DNA of 64,000 nt from positions 382,631 to 446,630 of the forward strand of contig NW_013657666.1 in NCBI RefSeq assembly GCF_000142905.1, given 5' to 3'. Within the stretch, counting starts at the first letter, position 1. Every line of letters starts with the position of its first letter. The translations under genes were made by a program, and so were the position numbers. Below are positions 47,517-56,612 of this stretch, piece after piece. Source of the DNA: Thecamonas trahens ATCC 50062. Lineage: Eukaryota; Protista; Apusomonadida. The notes beneath the pieces are model-generated. The model had not been told where the DNA came from. It made no database searches and saw only the letters and a list, made by a program, of their open reading frames with translations.

Positions 47517-47982
47517 TTACTTCTTCTTCGACTTGTTGGGGAGGAGGACGGCGTGGATGTTGGGGAGGACACCACCCTGGGCGATCGAGACGTCCTTGAG
47601 CAGCATGTTGAGCTCCTCATCGTTGCGGATGGCGAGCTGGATGTGGCGCGGGTTGATGCGCGCACGACGGTTGTCGCGGGCAGCGTTGCCAGCGAGCTCG
47701 AGGATCTCAGCCGCGAGGTACTCGAGGACAGCAGCGAGGTAGACCGGAGCACCCGAGCCGATGCGCTTGCCGTAGCGGCCCTCCTTGAGGAACCGATGGA
47801 TACGGCCAACCGGGAACTGAAGCCCGGCGCGCGAGGAGCGCGTGCGCGACTTGGACTTGCCTGTGGGCGTGGAGATGATGGTGAGTGGAGGAGGAGAAAA
47901 GAGATGGGATGAGGGGCATGATGTGTCAGCAAGTGTCCGTACCACCGCGGCCGCCCTTGCCCTTGCCACCCTTGCCAGCCAT
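47517..47982 (-). CDS. H2A: Histone H2A, join(47982..47943,47860..47517), 82-nt intron
   Basis: [13 protein letters not shown]|[26 protein letters not shown]...[27 protein letters not shown]...[15 protein letters not shown]...[19 protein letters not shown] donor and CAG acceptor are phase-compatible. Confidence 0.97.
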
Positions 47983-48203
47983 TATGTCTGTTAGGTAATG
48001 AGAATGAAGTATGCCAAACGACGCGGGTGAGGGAGGAGCAAAAAGGTGGGCAGCTTTTGAGGTGCTGGTCGTGTCCCAGTTACACAGTAGTGCATGTTGC
48101 ACAAGTGTATATTTCGGCCAGTCCCAAAAGTACAAAACCTCGCACCGGCAGCGCGCGCGCCGACGCGACCCTCGTCTGCATCCACTACTCTCAACCTATC
48201 AAC
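47983..48203. promoter_or_regulatory. Bidirectional promoter of the H2A/H2B pair
   Basis: 221 bp between head-to-head start codons. Relatively AT-rich, with GTATATTT near 48107. Confidence 0.6.
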
Positions 48204-48526
48204 ATGGCCAAGAAGTCGTCGTCCGCCCCCGCCGTCGCAAGCCGACCCAGTCGTACTCGTCGTACATCTACAAGGTGCTCAAGCAGGTGCACCCCGACAC
48301 CGGCATGTCCCGCCGCGCTATGTCGATCATGAACTCGTTTGTCAACGACACCTTTGAGAAGATCGCCCTCGAGGCCTCGCGCCTTGCCAAGTTCTCGGGC
48401 AAGCAGACCATCACCTCCCGCGAAATCCAGACCGCTGCCCGTCTCATCCTCCCCGGTGAGCTCGCCAAGCACGCCGTGTCCGAGGGCACCAAGGCCGTCA
48501 CCAAGTACACCACCTCGACTGCCTAA
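48204..48526 (+). CDS. H2B: Histone H2B (needs one extra C in the C5 run at 48226-48230)
   Basis: MAKKSSSAP + [53 protein letters not shown]...[34 protein letters not shown]. Confidence 0.95.
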
Positions 48527-48577
48527 GCGCCTCTCCTCGCCCGTCCGTGAGCATCTGCTCGCAGGCAGGCAGCCAAC

Positions 48578-48644
48578 CAACAACCTGCGCTCTTATTAGA
48601 GCGCACCCCCTTCCTTGCAGTGAGGGCAGAATAACACATCGATC
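48578..48644 (+). promoter_or_regulatory. H2B 3' stem-loop plus conserved downstream element
   Basis: CAACAACC TGCGCTCT TATT AGAGCGCA CCCCC TTCCTTG CAGT GAGGGCAGAATAACACA TCGATC. The stem-loop (48586-48605) starts 59 nt after the stop. Confidence 0.85.
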
Positions 48645-49318
48645 GACCGTCTGCTTGGCCTGCGCGTGCCCTGACCACAGCCAGCTGCCGCAGCCGATGA
48701 AGATCGGACGTGGGCATGCACGTGAGCAAGGTACTGACTTTGTGCTCTGCACGCTCCTACCCCTACCCCCTACCCCCTAACCCCTACCCCCCTATCCTCA
48801 TCTGATCGCCATTGCTCCCACATCGTGGTCCACGCAGCTGCGGCCCATCGGTGGTGGCTCCGCGGCTGCGCGCTCCTCGGCCAGCACGCACACTTCAAAG
48901 ACACCCCCTGCACACACATCTTCCACATCGAGTTCGCCATAGTTCAATGGTAAAACATGAGTTTCATGCGCTCAAGCTCCTGGTTCGAGTCCAGGTGGCG
49001 AACTACTCCTGATCGTCGTCTTTCGTCGAGATGCTCCTCGAAGGCTCGGCTGCCGCTCTGTGCGGCGCTCCCGGCTCTTCGAAGGCCAGAACTCCCGATC
49101 GAAGGGCACGATCTTCCTTTTTGCCTCATCACCCACCCTCCACACCCTCTATCGGCACCCGTGGCCAACCCAGGTTGTGTGCCGTCTGCCTCTAGACCCA
49201 TCCACACCGCGCATCGCTGCCGTCCTGTCCAGACCCCGACGCGCCGCCGCCGCACGCTGTTGCCACCATCGCTGCTAGTCCAAGCTGACTCTGCACTGCG
49301 CATGAACCTATGTGGCCT

Positions 49319-50734
49319 TTACTTCTTCTTCCGCTTCTTGTTGCCCTTCTTGCCCTTCTTGCCGCCGATGGTGGCGCCGTCGGCAGCAAACCACTCGGCG
49401 GCAATCCGCGCGACCTCTGCGCGAATGTCGCCGATGTCCAGCTGAGGGTTGACGTCACGCTCGTCGATTGACTCGGCAATGACGTCATCGACCACCCAGA
49501 CCACAAAGTCGTCGGCGTGCTCGGCATCAAAGGTGTTGTCCGCCACCTGCGCGCGGCCCTGGTATAGCCTGGCGGGCGTGAGAAAGTACTCGGCGAAGGC
49601 AGCCACCGTCTCAAAGACCGGCGCGTGGAACTCAGCGGCTGCCCCGGCTCGCGTCACACGATGCGATGCGCCCTTGGCCTTGAAGAGGAACATGCTCAGT
49701 TGACCCTTGCTAATGTGCGCCGGCACGTCACCGGCCGCCGGGCGTCCGGTGGAGACCGGGTAGAAGACAAGGCCCTCGCCCGAGCCAGGCACGCCAAACT
49801 CGGCGCCGATGTACGGGTCAGCCTCGTCAATGGAGTTGACAAGGCCCGAGATGGTAACCATGGCGTCGCGGATGGCAGAAAACGACGACAGGTTGATGGC
49901 AAACTCACCGGTCTCCAGGCGCTCGCGCGCCGTGGCCAGCTCGTCAGTGCTGGTCAGCGAGCCAGAGGTCTCGAGCTGGACGACGACGGCATCAGTAACT
50001 TCAGCGGTCGGAACGTGCCATGGCAGGACCCGAATCTCGCGGGGGATCGCGCCGGTCGCCGCTGCGCCGGCAGCAACCAGGGCCTCGAGCTCGTTGGGCT
50101 CGACCACAACAACCGTCTTGCCGTCGGGAAGGGTAAAGCGGAGTGCAAAGATAGCAAACAGCTGCTGGTCGATGTTAGACACGGCAGTGGCGCACTTCTG
50201 GATGCCATCGCCAGCCCACTCGCCAAAGACCTCGACCTGGCGGGTGCTGGCCGCCGCGGCGGTGGGCGGAGAGTCGTCGGCGAGGCCCATGCACGCCGGA
50301 AGGGCGGCGAAGAAGTCTGCCCAGAAGTTGGCGACACCAGGCGAGGTTAGCCAGGCGCGAAAGCCATCGTTGTCCTGCGAGTCGGGCCAGAGGAAACGGT
50401 TGCGCGACATGCCGACGATGCCGATGCTGCTGCCAGCCAGCGGCCGCCTGTCATCGCCCATCGCCCGGAAGCCACAGATTCCGCCGTTGGTCCCGTGCAG
50501 CTTGATCTTGGCCTTGAATACCAGCGCCGGATTCTCCATGAGCGCCTTGTCCACCACCACCGTGCCTGCCTCCACTGCTCCCGACTGCTCAGCCTCAGTG
50601 ACCGACTTGGCGTTGCGGATGCTCTTGAGCGCGGTTTTCATGGCGTTGTGGGCATGGGCGGTCTTGGGCCACTTGGACCAAACCGGTCGCGGCACCTTGC
50701 CGCCATCGCTCTTGACTCCGTTGTCTGCCATCAT
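49319..50734 (-). CDS. Rnl2-family (T4 RNA ligase 2-like) ATP-dependent RNA ligase with a basic C-terminal tail
   Basis: All nucleotidyltransferase motifs are present in order: I KIKLHGTN, Ia SRNR, III VFGEWAGDGIQK, IIIa FAIFAL, IV GEGLVF, V FKAKG..H. Ends KKGKKGNKKRKKK. Confidence 0.85.
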   Translation of the reverse strand: MMADNGVKSDGGKVPRPVWSKWPKTAHAHNAMKTALKSIRNAKSVTEAEQSGAVEAGTVVVDKALMENPALVFKAKIKLHGTNGGICGFRAMGDDRRPLAGSSIGIVGMSRNRFLWPDSQDNDGFRAWLTSPGVANFWADFFAALPACMGLADDSPPTAAAASTRQVEVFGEWAGDGIQKCATAVSNIDQQLFAIFALRFTLPDGKTVVVVEPNELEALVAAGAAATGAIPREIRVLPWHVPTAEVTDAVVVQLETSGSLTSTDELATARERLETGEFAINLSSFSAIRDAMVTISGLVNSIDEADPYIGAEFGVPGSGEGLVFYPVSTGRPAAGDVPAHISKGQLSMFLFKAKGASHRVTRAGAAAEFHAPVFETVAAFAEYFLTPARLYQGRAQVADNTFDAEHADDFVVWVVDDVIAESIDERDVNPQLDIGDIRAEVARIAAEWFAADGATIGGKKGKKGNKKRKKK

Positions 50735-51324
50735 GTGAACAAATGACGCCCACCGATCGGCGACGAGTGCGATATGTCGTGCTTCCATCCGGTTATCGCA
50801 ACCGTGGCAACGCCGCTGGTTTTGGGGGCGACTGCATAGGGAAGCCGAATCGAAGGAATGGAAGGCACCTCCGGCACGCCACCGGTCCAGCACCACATCA
50901 TTAATCTCAAATGCGGTCATGACAAGGCAAAGCGATGGATACAAGTGAACCGGACACTCTGTCTGTTCTTGTGTCGCCCATAGCCCAGTGTGCTAAGCAC
51001 GGGCTCGCCTCTCGCCGAAAGACAGCCAGCGGTAACGCCATCAATGACCATCCCACCTCTGCGCCTCTTTGTGTACCCATCCCTTACAAGCCACAGTGCG
51101 CAGAAGTGCAGACTCACTGCTGCGACAGCCGCCATCAAACAATTGTGGCAACCATTGGCCAGCGGGCAAAACGAGAGCGACCTGGACCCGGTTGGCAGAC
51201 CCGTCAGTTTGACAGGACTGGCTTCCGCCCCGGGCCGCCCTCTGCCAGCTGCAGCACAGCCGGGTGCGCAGCTTCCCTCAGGGAGAGCCACCACACTCGC
51301 AGACATACAGACGTTGACGAGAAC

Positions 51325-52065
51325 ATGACCCGTCACCACCCGTACAAGGCAGCTTCGGAGAACGAAGGCACGGCCCGCGTGTCCAACCGGCGGACGGCCC
51401 AGGGCCGGGCCAAGGGCGGCCCAGGGCCAGGGCCAGGGCCAGGGCAACCGCCGCGGCGGACGGGGCAAGCAGTCCGCTGGTGGTCGCCGTGGTGGCCGCA
51501 AGGGTGGCCGCAANNNNNNNNNNNNNNNNNNNNNNNNNNNNNNNNNNNNNNNNNNNNNNNNNNNNNNNNNNNNNNNNNNNNNNNNNNNNNNNNNNNNNNN
51601 NNNNNNNNNNNNNNNNNNNNNNNNNNNNNNNNNNNNNNNNNNNNNNNNNNNNNNNNNNNNNNNNNNNNNNNNNNNNNNNNNNNNNNNNGCCAGGGCAACC
51701 GCCGCGGCGGACGGGGCAAGCAGTCCGCTGGTGGTCGCCGTGGTGGCCGCAAGGGTGGCCGCCCGCTCAAGTCGGCGCCGCGCAAGAAGCTCACCGCTGA
51801 GGAGCTCGACGCTGAGCTCGCCCGCTACATGATTCGCGACGAGAAGCGCGGTGCCGCCCTGCTGGACGCCGAGCTCGACGCCTACAAGGCCGGCAAGGCT
51901 GCTGCCGAGGCCAAGGCTAAGGCTGAGGCTGAGGCCAAGGCCGCCGCCGAGGCTGCCGCCGCCGCCGAGGCTGCGGCTGCTGCTGAGGCCGCACCCGAGG
52001 CTGCCGCCGCTACTGCTGACGATGACGATGATCTGGAGGCTGCGCCCGAGGCTGAGGACGCCTAG
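51325..52065 (+). CDS. RGG-rich CHTOP/FoP (ALYREF-type C-terminal motif) mRNA export adaptor; spans a gap with duplicated flanks
   Basis: GNRRGGRGKQSAGGRRGGRKGG followed by a duplicated KLTAEELDAELARYM...LLDAELDAYK motif (FoP-duplication/UAP56-binding type). Confidence 0.8.
   Translation: MTRHHPYKAASENEGTARVSNRRTAQGRAKGGPGPGPGPGQPPRRTGQAVRWWSPWWPQGWPQXXXXXXXXXXXXXXXXXXXXXXXXXXXXXXXXXXXXXXXXXXXXXXXXXXXXXXXXXXXQGNRRGGRGKQSAGGRRGGRKGGRPLKSAPRKKLTAEELDAELARYMIRDEKRGAALLDAELDAYKAGKAAAEAKAKAEAEAKAAAEAAAAAEAAAAAEAAPEAAAATADDDDDLEAAPEAEDA
51514..51688. other. Assembly gap with overlapping flanks (51438-51511 = 51689-51762)
   Basis: The same ~74 bp occurs on both sides of the Ns. Confidence 0.95.
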
Positions 52066-52158
52066 ACGCACCACCCTCCGCCCGTCTGCCCGCTCGTAGC
52101 CCAGTGCATGCAATACACGCGATGACTATTTCTCAGATGGCGCTTTATTCGCTCCCAG

Positions 52159-53721
52159 CTACAGATAGTCGACATACGAGGTGGGGAAGACTCCGTACTC
52201 GCCGGCCTCGTTGGTGCCCGACGACCATCCGTCGCCGTAGTCCTCGTCAAAGATGACCAACTCACCGGCGCGCAGCGCGATCTGGTCTGGTCCTGTCGGC
52301 GCATAGTCGTACAGTGCCTTTGAGTCAGGCTCGCCGGCGGTGTAGCCGTAGTCCTCTCCGCCATAGTTGTAGTCCTCGTCGCCGCCGCCGTAGTTGTAGC
52401 TGTCGTCGGCGCCGGTGTCGTAGTATGAGGTGGCGGCCGGCGGCGGCGCGGCGGCCTTTGCAGGCATCGGCGGTGGTGTCGGTCCGCCGCCAAACGACGG
52501 CGCTGGCGGCGGCCCGCCGCCAAACGACGGTGCCGGTGCCGGCCCACCGCCGTAGGAGGCTACTGGAGGAGGGGCAGTCGGCTTGGACGGCCCATAGTAG
52601 CCCGACAGCTCGAGCTCGAGGCGGGCGGCCTCGGAGATCTTGCGGTCTGCGGGCGCAGCGGTGATGGACTCGACATACGACGATGGGAACCAGCCGGAGC
52701 GGCCCGACTGGCCAGTCCCCTCCCACCAGCCCGAGTCTTCCTGCTTGGTGACGGCGATAATCTCGCCGGTAGAGAACGAGAGCATTGACGGGTCCGGGTC
52801 AGAGTAGTCGGCAATGGCCTTGACCGCCGAGATAAGCGACTTCCCGTCGGGCACCCCGGGCGTTGTGCCGATCTGGTCCGATTTGGAGAGGACCTTGCCC
52901 GGCCCGGTCCGTGCCACGAGCTCGACGTAGGCCGCGGGAACCATGCCCACGCGAGTCCCCATCTTGGCCTTCCACCAGTCGGTGCCCGAGTCGTCGATGA
53001 TAGAAATGATGTCGTTGGCGGCAAACGAGAGCTCACGGTCGTCGCGCGCATCGTAGCTCTGCAGCGCCTTGACCACGCACACCGCCCGGGCGTTGATCCC
53101 TGACACGAGCTTTGACTTGCCGTGCCGACCCTCCTCGTCGACCTCGAGCCACGACCGGAGCGGTGTGTGGAGCGCAATGCTTGCCACGCCCACTGCGCTC
53201 ACCAGCTGGCCAAGAAAGATCTCCACCGCCCGCTCGCGCTCCTGGATGTCCATCGGCGTCGCCTTGCGCTTGAGCTTCTTGAGTCCCTTGAACTTGGGCG
53301 TATTCTTCACTTTGTTGGCCTTCATCCGATCTGCCAGCCACTTCAGTGACTGCTCTGGCCGATGCACCTTCCACGTCGTCCGACCCTTTGTGATCGTCAC
53401 CTCGTACATCTGTCCGCAACCACGCACCAGGCACGCACCACCACCACCACCACCATCACCACCAATGCGCACAATAGCCACCAGCACACGCCATACCCAT
53501 ACACACCCACACATGCACACATAGGCAGACCAAATCCACATCCACAGTAAGCACCAGTTGCCACAGCCAGTCCTTCCTCCCCCCCCCCCCTCCCTCCCCC
53601 CCCCCTCCCCCTCCCCTCCCCCCTCCCCACCACTATTCCCCTCAAACCCCCGCCTACATACAATGTCTTTGACCTTGGCATTAAAGCCAAGCAACTTGCA
53701 CCGCATAGTCATGGTCTCCAT
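52159..53721 (-). CDS. PX-like domain plus three SH3 domain scaffold, join(53721..53662,53409..52159)
   Basis: GTATGT donor at 53661 and CAG acceptor at 53410. METMTMRCKLLGFNAKVKDI|MYEVTITKGRTTWKVHR...ERERAVEIFLGQL is PX-like. Three SH3 domains (ALQSYDA...WWK...GMVPAAYV; AIADY...GWWEG...GWFPSSYV; ALYDY...GWSSG...GVFPTSYV) with a Pro/Gly/Tyr linker. Confidence 0.85.
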   Translation of the reverse strand: METMTMRCKLLGFNAKVKDIVCRRGFEGNSGGEGGGEGEGGGREGGGGGRTGCGNWCLLWMWIWSAYVCMCGCVWVWRVLVAIVRIGGDGGGGGGACLVRGCGQMYEVTITKGRTTWKVHRPEQSLKWLADRMKANKVKNTPKFKGLKKLKRKATPMDIQERERAVEIFLGQLVSAVGVASIALHTPLRSWLEVDEEGRHGKSKLVSGINARAVCVVKALQSYDARDDRELSFAANDIISIIDDSGTDWWKAKMGTRVGMVPAAYVELVARTGPGKVLSKSDQIGTTPGVPDGKSLISAVKAIADYSDPDPSMLSFSTGEIIAVTKQEDSGWWEGTGQSGRSGWFPSSYVESITAAPADRKISEAARLELELSGYYGPSKPTAPPPVASYGGGPAPAPSFGGGPPPAPSFGGGPTPPPMPAKAAAPPPAATSYYDTGADDSYNYGGGDEDYNYGGEDYGYTAGEPDSKALYDYAPTGPDQIALRAGELVIFDEDYGDGWSSGTNEAGEYGVFPTSYVDYL

Positions 53722-54246
53722 GGTGGAGAGCACAGACAGGTGTAACAGCCTCCTTTTCACTCCACTCCCTCTGCCGCCCTGTCCTGCCCATGGTGCCCGG
53801 TGGCGGCTGTCTGCTGACGTGTGCCTGTTAGCGTCCCTTGCCACCTCCTCCCTCACAGCCGCAGCCAACGCCACAGATGCCATCACATCTGGACATATCC
53901 CGCCACACATCGCTTGCTTCTACCCATCTGAACATCTCCAGGATATCTCTCCTCACACACGCACGCACACACACACACACACTCTCTCTCTCTCTCTCGT
54001 CTACAGATCTCGAACTTCTTTTTCAGGTACCTGGGCAAACGTTCTCCACGCGCTCCACCACCACTCCTCAGGCGCATCCGCTTGCAACGGTGCTACGCTG
54101 CCCATGGCGAGCAGTGGAGCAAGTGACACGTCAAGGCAAGAACCAGAGCATCTGTATCATTGCTACCCACACTTTCCATCTCACTGTGGGCATGCTCTCG
54201 CCATCGCTCTCCTCCTCGCCGCGCACTCGGCATCGCACCTGACTCG

Positions 54247-55131
54247 ATGGCCGACCAAGGGGAGAACTCGCGTAGGCCTCTGCGAGAAGAAGATGTGTGC
54301 GAGCATGTACTCTCGCCCGACGACATGAAGCGGTTCCATGCCGACGGCTATCTCGTTCTGCCCTGGCCGGTCCTCGAAGCCCACGCGCTCGACGCCGTCC
54401 GTCAGACCGCCGAGGAGCTCATGGTGGCCGGGCCGGAGACGGTGGCACGGCTGTACGAGCATCACGCCAACGAGACCGGCGATGAGGACGCAGTCCTGTT
54501 TCACTGTCTCGGAGGGTGGCGGGTGGCTTCGGCACTGGCGGATTTGGTGTACAACCCGGCGATCATCGGTCCGGTGTCGCAGCTGCTTCCTAGCCTGGCC
54601 TCTGAAGACGGCGCGCCGCGGGCGGGCGTGCGCTTGTGGCACGACCAACTGTTCTGCAAGCCTGGCGGCATCGGCGGGCCGGTTGCTTGGCACCAGGACA
54701 TGTCGTACTGGACTCGTACCGCACCCGCTGCTCACCATCTCACCATCCACGTTGCGCTCGACGATCAGAACCACGAAAACGGCGGTCTGTATGTTGTGCC
54801 GGGCTCGCAGACGTGGGACCTACTCCCGGTCACCTCGCGGCACTTTGACGACATGGACTCGATTCACTCCGTGCTGACTTCAGAGCAGAGCGCTGCCTTT
54901 CATCCGCACCTGCTCGGGCTCAAGGCTGGCTACGCCTCCATCCACCACTCGCACACGGTCCACGGCTCCTGGCCAAACACGAGCTCCGCGCCACGCCGCG
55001 CCGCTGCTGTCAACGTCATCGCCGACGGTGTGTACGCCAACGACGATAGTCCGCTCCTCGCCGGCGTCCCGCCTGTTCCATGTGGCGAGCCGCTTGTCGG
55101 AGAGTACTTTCCGCTCCTCTTCGAGCCATGA
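54247..55131 (+). CDS. Phytanoyl-CoA dioxygenase (PhyH) family Fe(II)/2-oxoglutarate oxygenase
   Basis: DQLFCKP, WHQD (HxD), VALDD...NGGL.VVPGS, and HTVHGSWPNTSSAPRRA (distal His and Arg). Confidence 0.9.
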   Translation: MADQGENSRRPLREEDVCEHVLSPDDMKRFHADGYLVLPWPVLEAHALDAVRQTAEELMVAGPETVARLYEHHANETGDEDAVLFHCLGGWRVASALADLVYNPAIIGPVSQLLPSLASEDGAPRAGVRLWHDQLFCKPGGIGGPVAWHQDMSYWTRTAPAAHHLTIHVALDDQNHENGGLYVVPGSQTWDLLPVTSRHFDDMDSIHSVLTSEQSAAFHPHLLGLKAGYASIHHSHTVHGSWPNTSSAPRRAAAVNVIADGVYANDDSPLLAGVPPVPCGEPLVGEYFPLLFEP

Positions 55132-55160
55132 GCTGGGCCCGCCCCGCGCCCCTTGCAGGC

Positions 55161-56129
55161 TTAGGCCTCGGCCTCCAGAGCCGCTTTGATGCCGTCGATG
55201 ACATGGTTAAACGCGGCGACGCCGGCCGAGTCGGGCGCCTCCTCAAAGTATGACTTGCCGCGGTCGCACGACTTGGCCAGCGCAGGGTCAATAGGGATGG
55301 CGCCGAGGTACGGGACGCCCATGGCCTCACACATGGCCTCGGCGCCGCCGGTGGTGGGCGAGAAGATCATCGTCTTGGTCGAGCACGACGGGCACACAAA
55401 GCCCGACATGTTCTCCACAACCCCAAGAACCTTGACGCCGACCTTCTTGCAAAAGTTGATCTCCTTGCGCACATCGAGCAGGGACATCTCCTGCGGAGTG
55501 GTCACAATGACCGCGCCGTCAATGCCCGACCCCTTGAGATACTGCACGATCGAGAGGTGCTCGTCCGACGTGCCCGGCGGCGTGTCAACCACCAGATAGT
55601 CGAGCTTGGCGTCGTCGTCGTCGCCCGAAGCGGCCTCGGTCGCGGCCTCGCCCCAGTTGACGTCGCGGAGGAACTGCTTGATCATCCCGTTCTTCTTGGG
55701 CCCGCGCCAGATGATGGCCTGGTCTGGCGACTCGAGCAGAAATCCGATGGACATGACCGCCAGCGACTCGCCCACAAAGACGGGTGACCACCCGTCGCCG
55801 GTCACCGACATGATCGACTTGGACGCGACGCCCATGAGTGTCGGAATCGACGGCCCGCAGATGTCCACATCCAGCAGGCCCACTGTTGTCTTGTCCTGCG
55901 CCGCAAGCGCGCGCGCAAGGTGGGCAGAAAACGTCGACTTGCCCACCCCGCCCTTGCCCGACAGCACAAGAATCTTCTTCCGGATGCATCCCATCCGCTC
56001 GTTCACCGCACCCATGTCCGGATCCGGACCCTTGGGCGCAGACTGGCACGCCGACTGGTTCGGGCATCCTGCACACGACGCGGCCTTGCCTGCAGTCTCC
56101 GACTCGGTTCCCGGGCAGTCTGTCGCCAT
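55161..56129 (-). CDS. NUBP1: Cytosolic Fe-S cluster assembly factor NUBP1/Nbp35
   Basis: N-terminal CPGTES..AGK...[10 protein letters not shown], Walker [46 protein letters not shown]. Confidence 0.97.
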   Translation of the reverse strand: MATDCPGTESETAGKAASCAGCPNQSACQSAPKGPDPDMGAVNERMGCIRKKILVLSGKGGVGKSTFSAHLARALAAQDKTTVGLLDVDICGPSIPTLMGVASKSIMSVTGDGWSPVFVGESLAVMSIGFLLESPDQAIIWRGPKKNGMIKQFLRDVNWGEAATEAASGDDDDAKLDYLVVDTPPGTSDEHLSIVQYLKGSGIDGAVIVTTPQEMSLLDVRKEINFCKKVGVKVLGVVENMSGFVCPSCSTKTMIFSPTTGGAEAMCEAMGVPYLGAIPIDPALAKSCDRGKSYFEEAPDSAGVAAFNHVIDGIKAALEAEA

Positions 56130-56388
56130 CCAACGATGAGTGAGTTGGTTGGTTTTCCCCTCCATGAGTCCACCCACCATCTCCTGGCCTCTCCTCGCCC
56201 AACTTCCGTCTCCCCCTCCCTCCCTCTCCCCCTCCCTCACCGCACACACCGCACACACCCCACACACCCCACACACGCCGCACACCCTCTCGCGCACGCA
56301 CTCCACATACGATCATTGGCATTCTCCGGCACGGTATGCGACATGTTCCCAATACGTGTGCAAGAAGAGTGTGCCCCCCCCCCCCCGC

Positions 56389-56612
56389 NNNNNNNNNNNN
56401 NNNNNNNNNNNNNNNNNNNNNNNNNNNNNNNNNNNNNNNNNNNNNNNNNNNNNNNNNNNNNNNNNNNNNNNNNNNNNNNNNNNNNNNNNNNNNNNNNNNN
56501 NNNNNNNNNNNNNNNNNNNNNNNNNNNNNNNNNNNNNNNNNNNNNNNNNNNNNNNNNNNNNNNNNNNNNNNNNNNNNNNNNNNNNNNNNNNNNNNNNNNN
56601 NNNNNNNNNNNN
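56389..56612. other. Assembly gap with duplicated flanks
   Basis: AATACGTGTGCAAGAAGAGTGT plus poly-C occurs at both 56351 and 56613. Confidence 0.95.

Noticed and set aside
48204-48526. H2B as a pseudogene
   Set aside because: There is a single lesion in a C5 run, while the protein, promoter arrangement and 3' cassette are otherwise intact. A sequencing error is more likely.
47397-48644. The two histone 3' cassettes as terminal inverted repeats of a transposon carrying H2A/H2B
   Set aside because: The inverted orientation follows from divergent transcription. Each copy sits at the same distance from its stop and contains a histone-type hairpin. I saw no target-site duplication or transposase.
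48757-48794. CCCCTA/CCCTAA telomere-like run
   Set aside because: It is short and degenerate with only one CCCTAA, and similar to other C-rich intron/intergenic tracts.
51438-51762. Apparent duplication of the RGG segment around the gap
   Set aside because: Identical sequence on both sides of the Ns indicates unmerged contig overlap. The same applies at 56351/56613.
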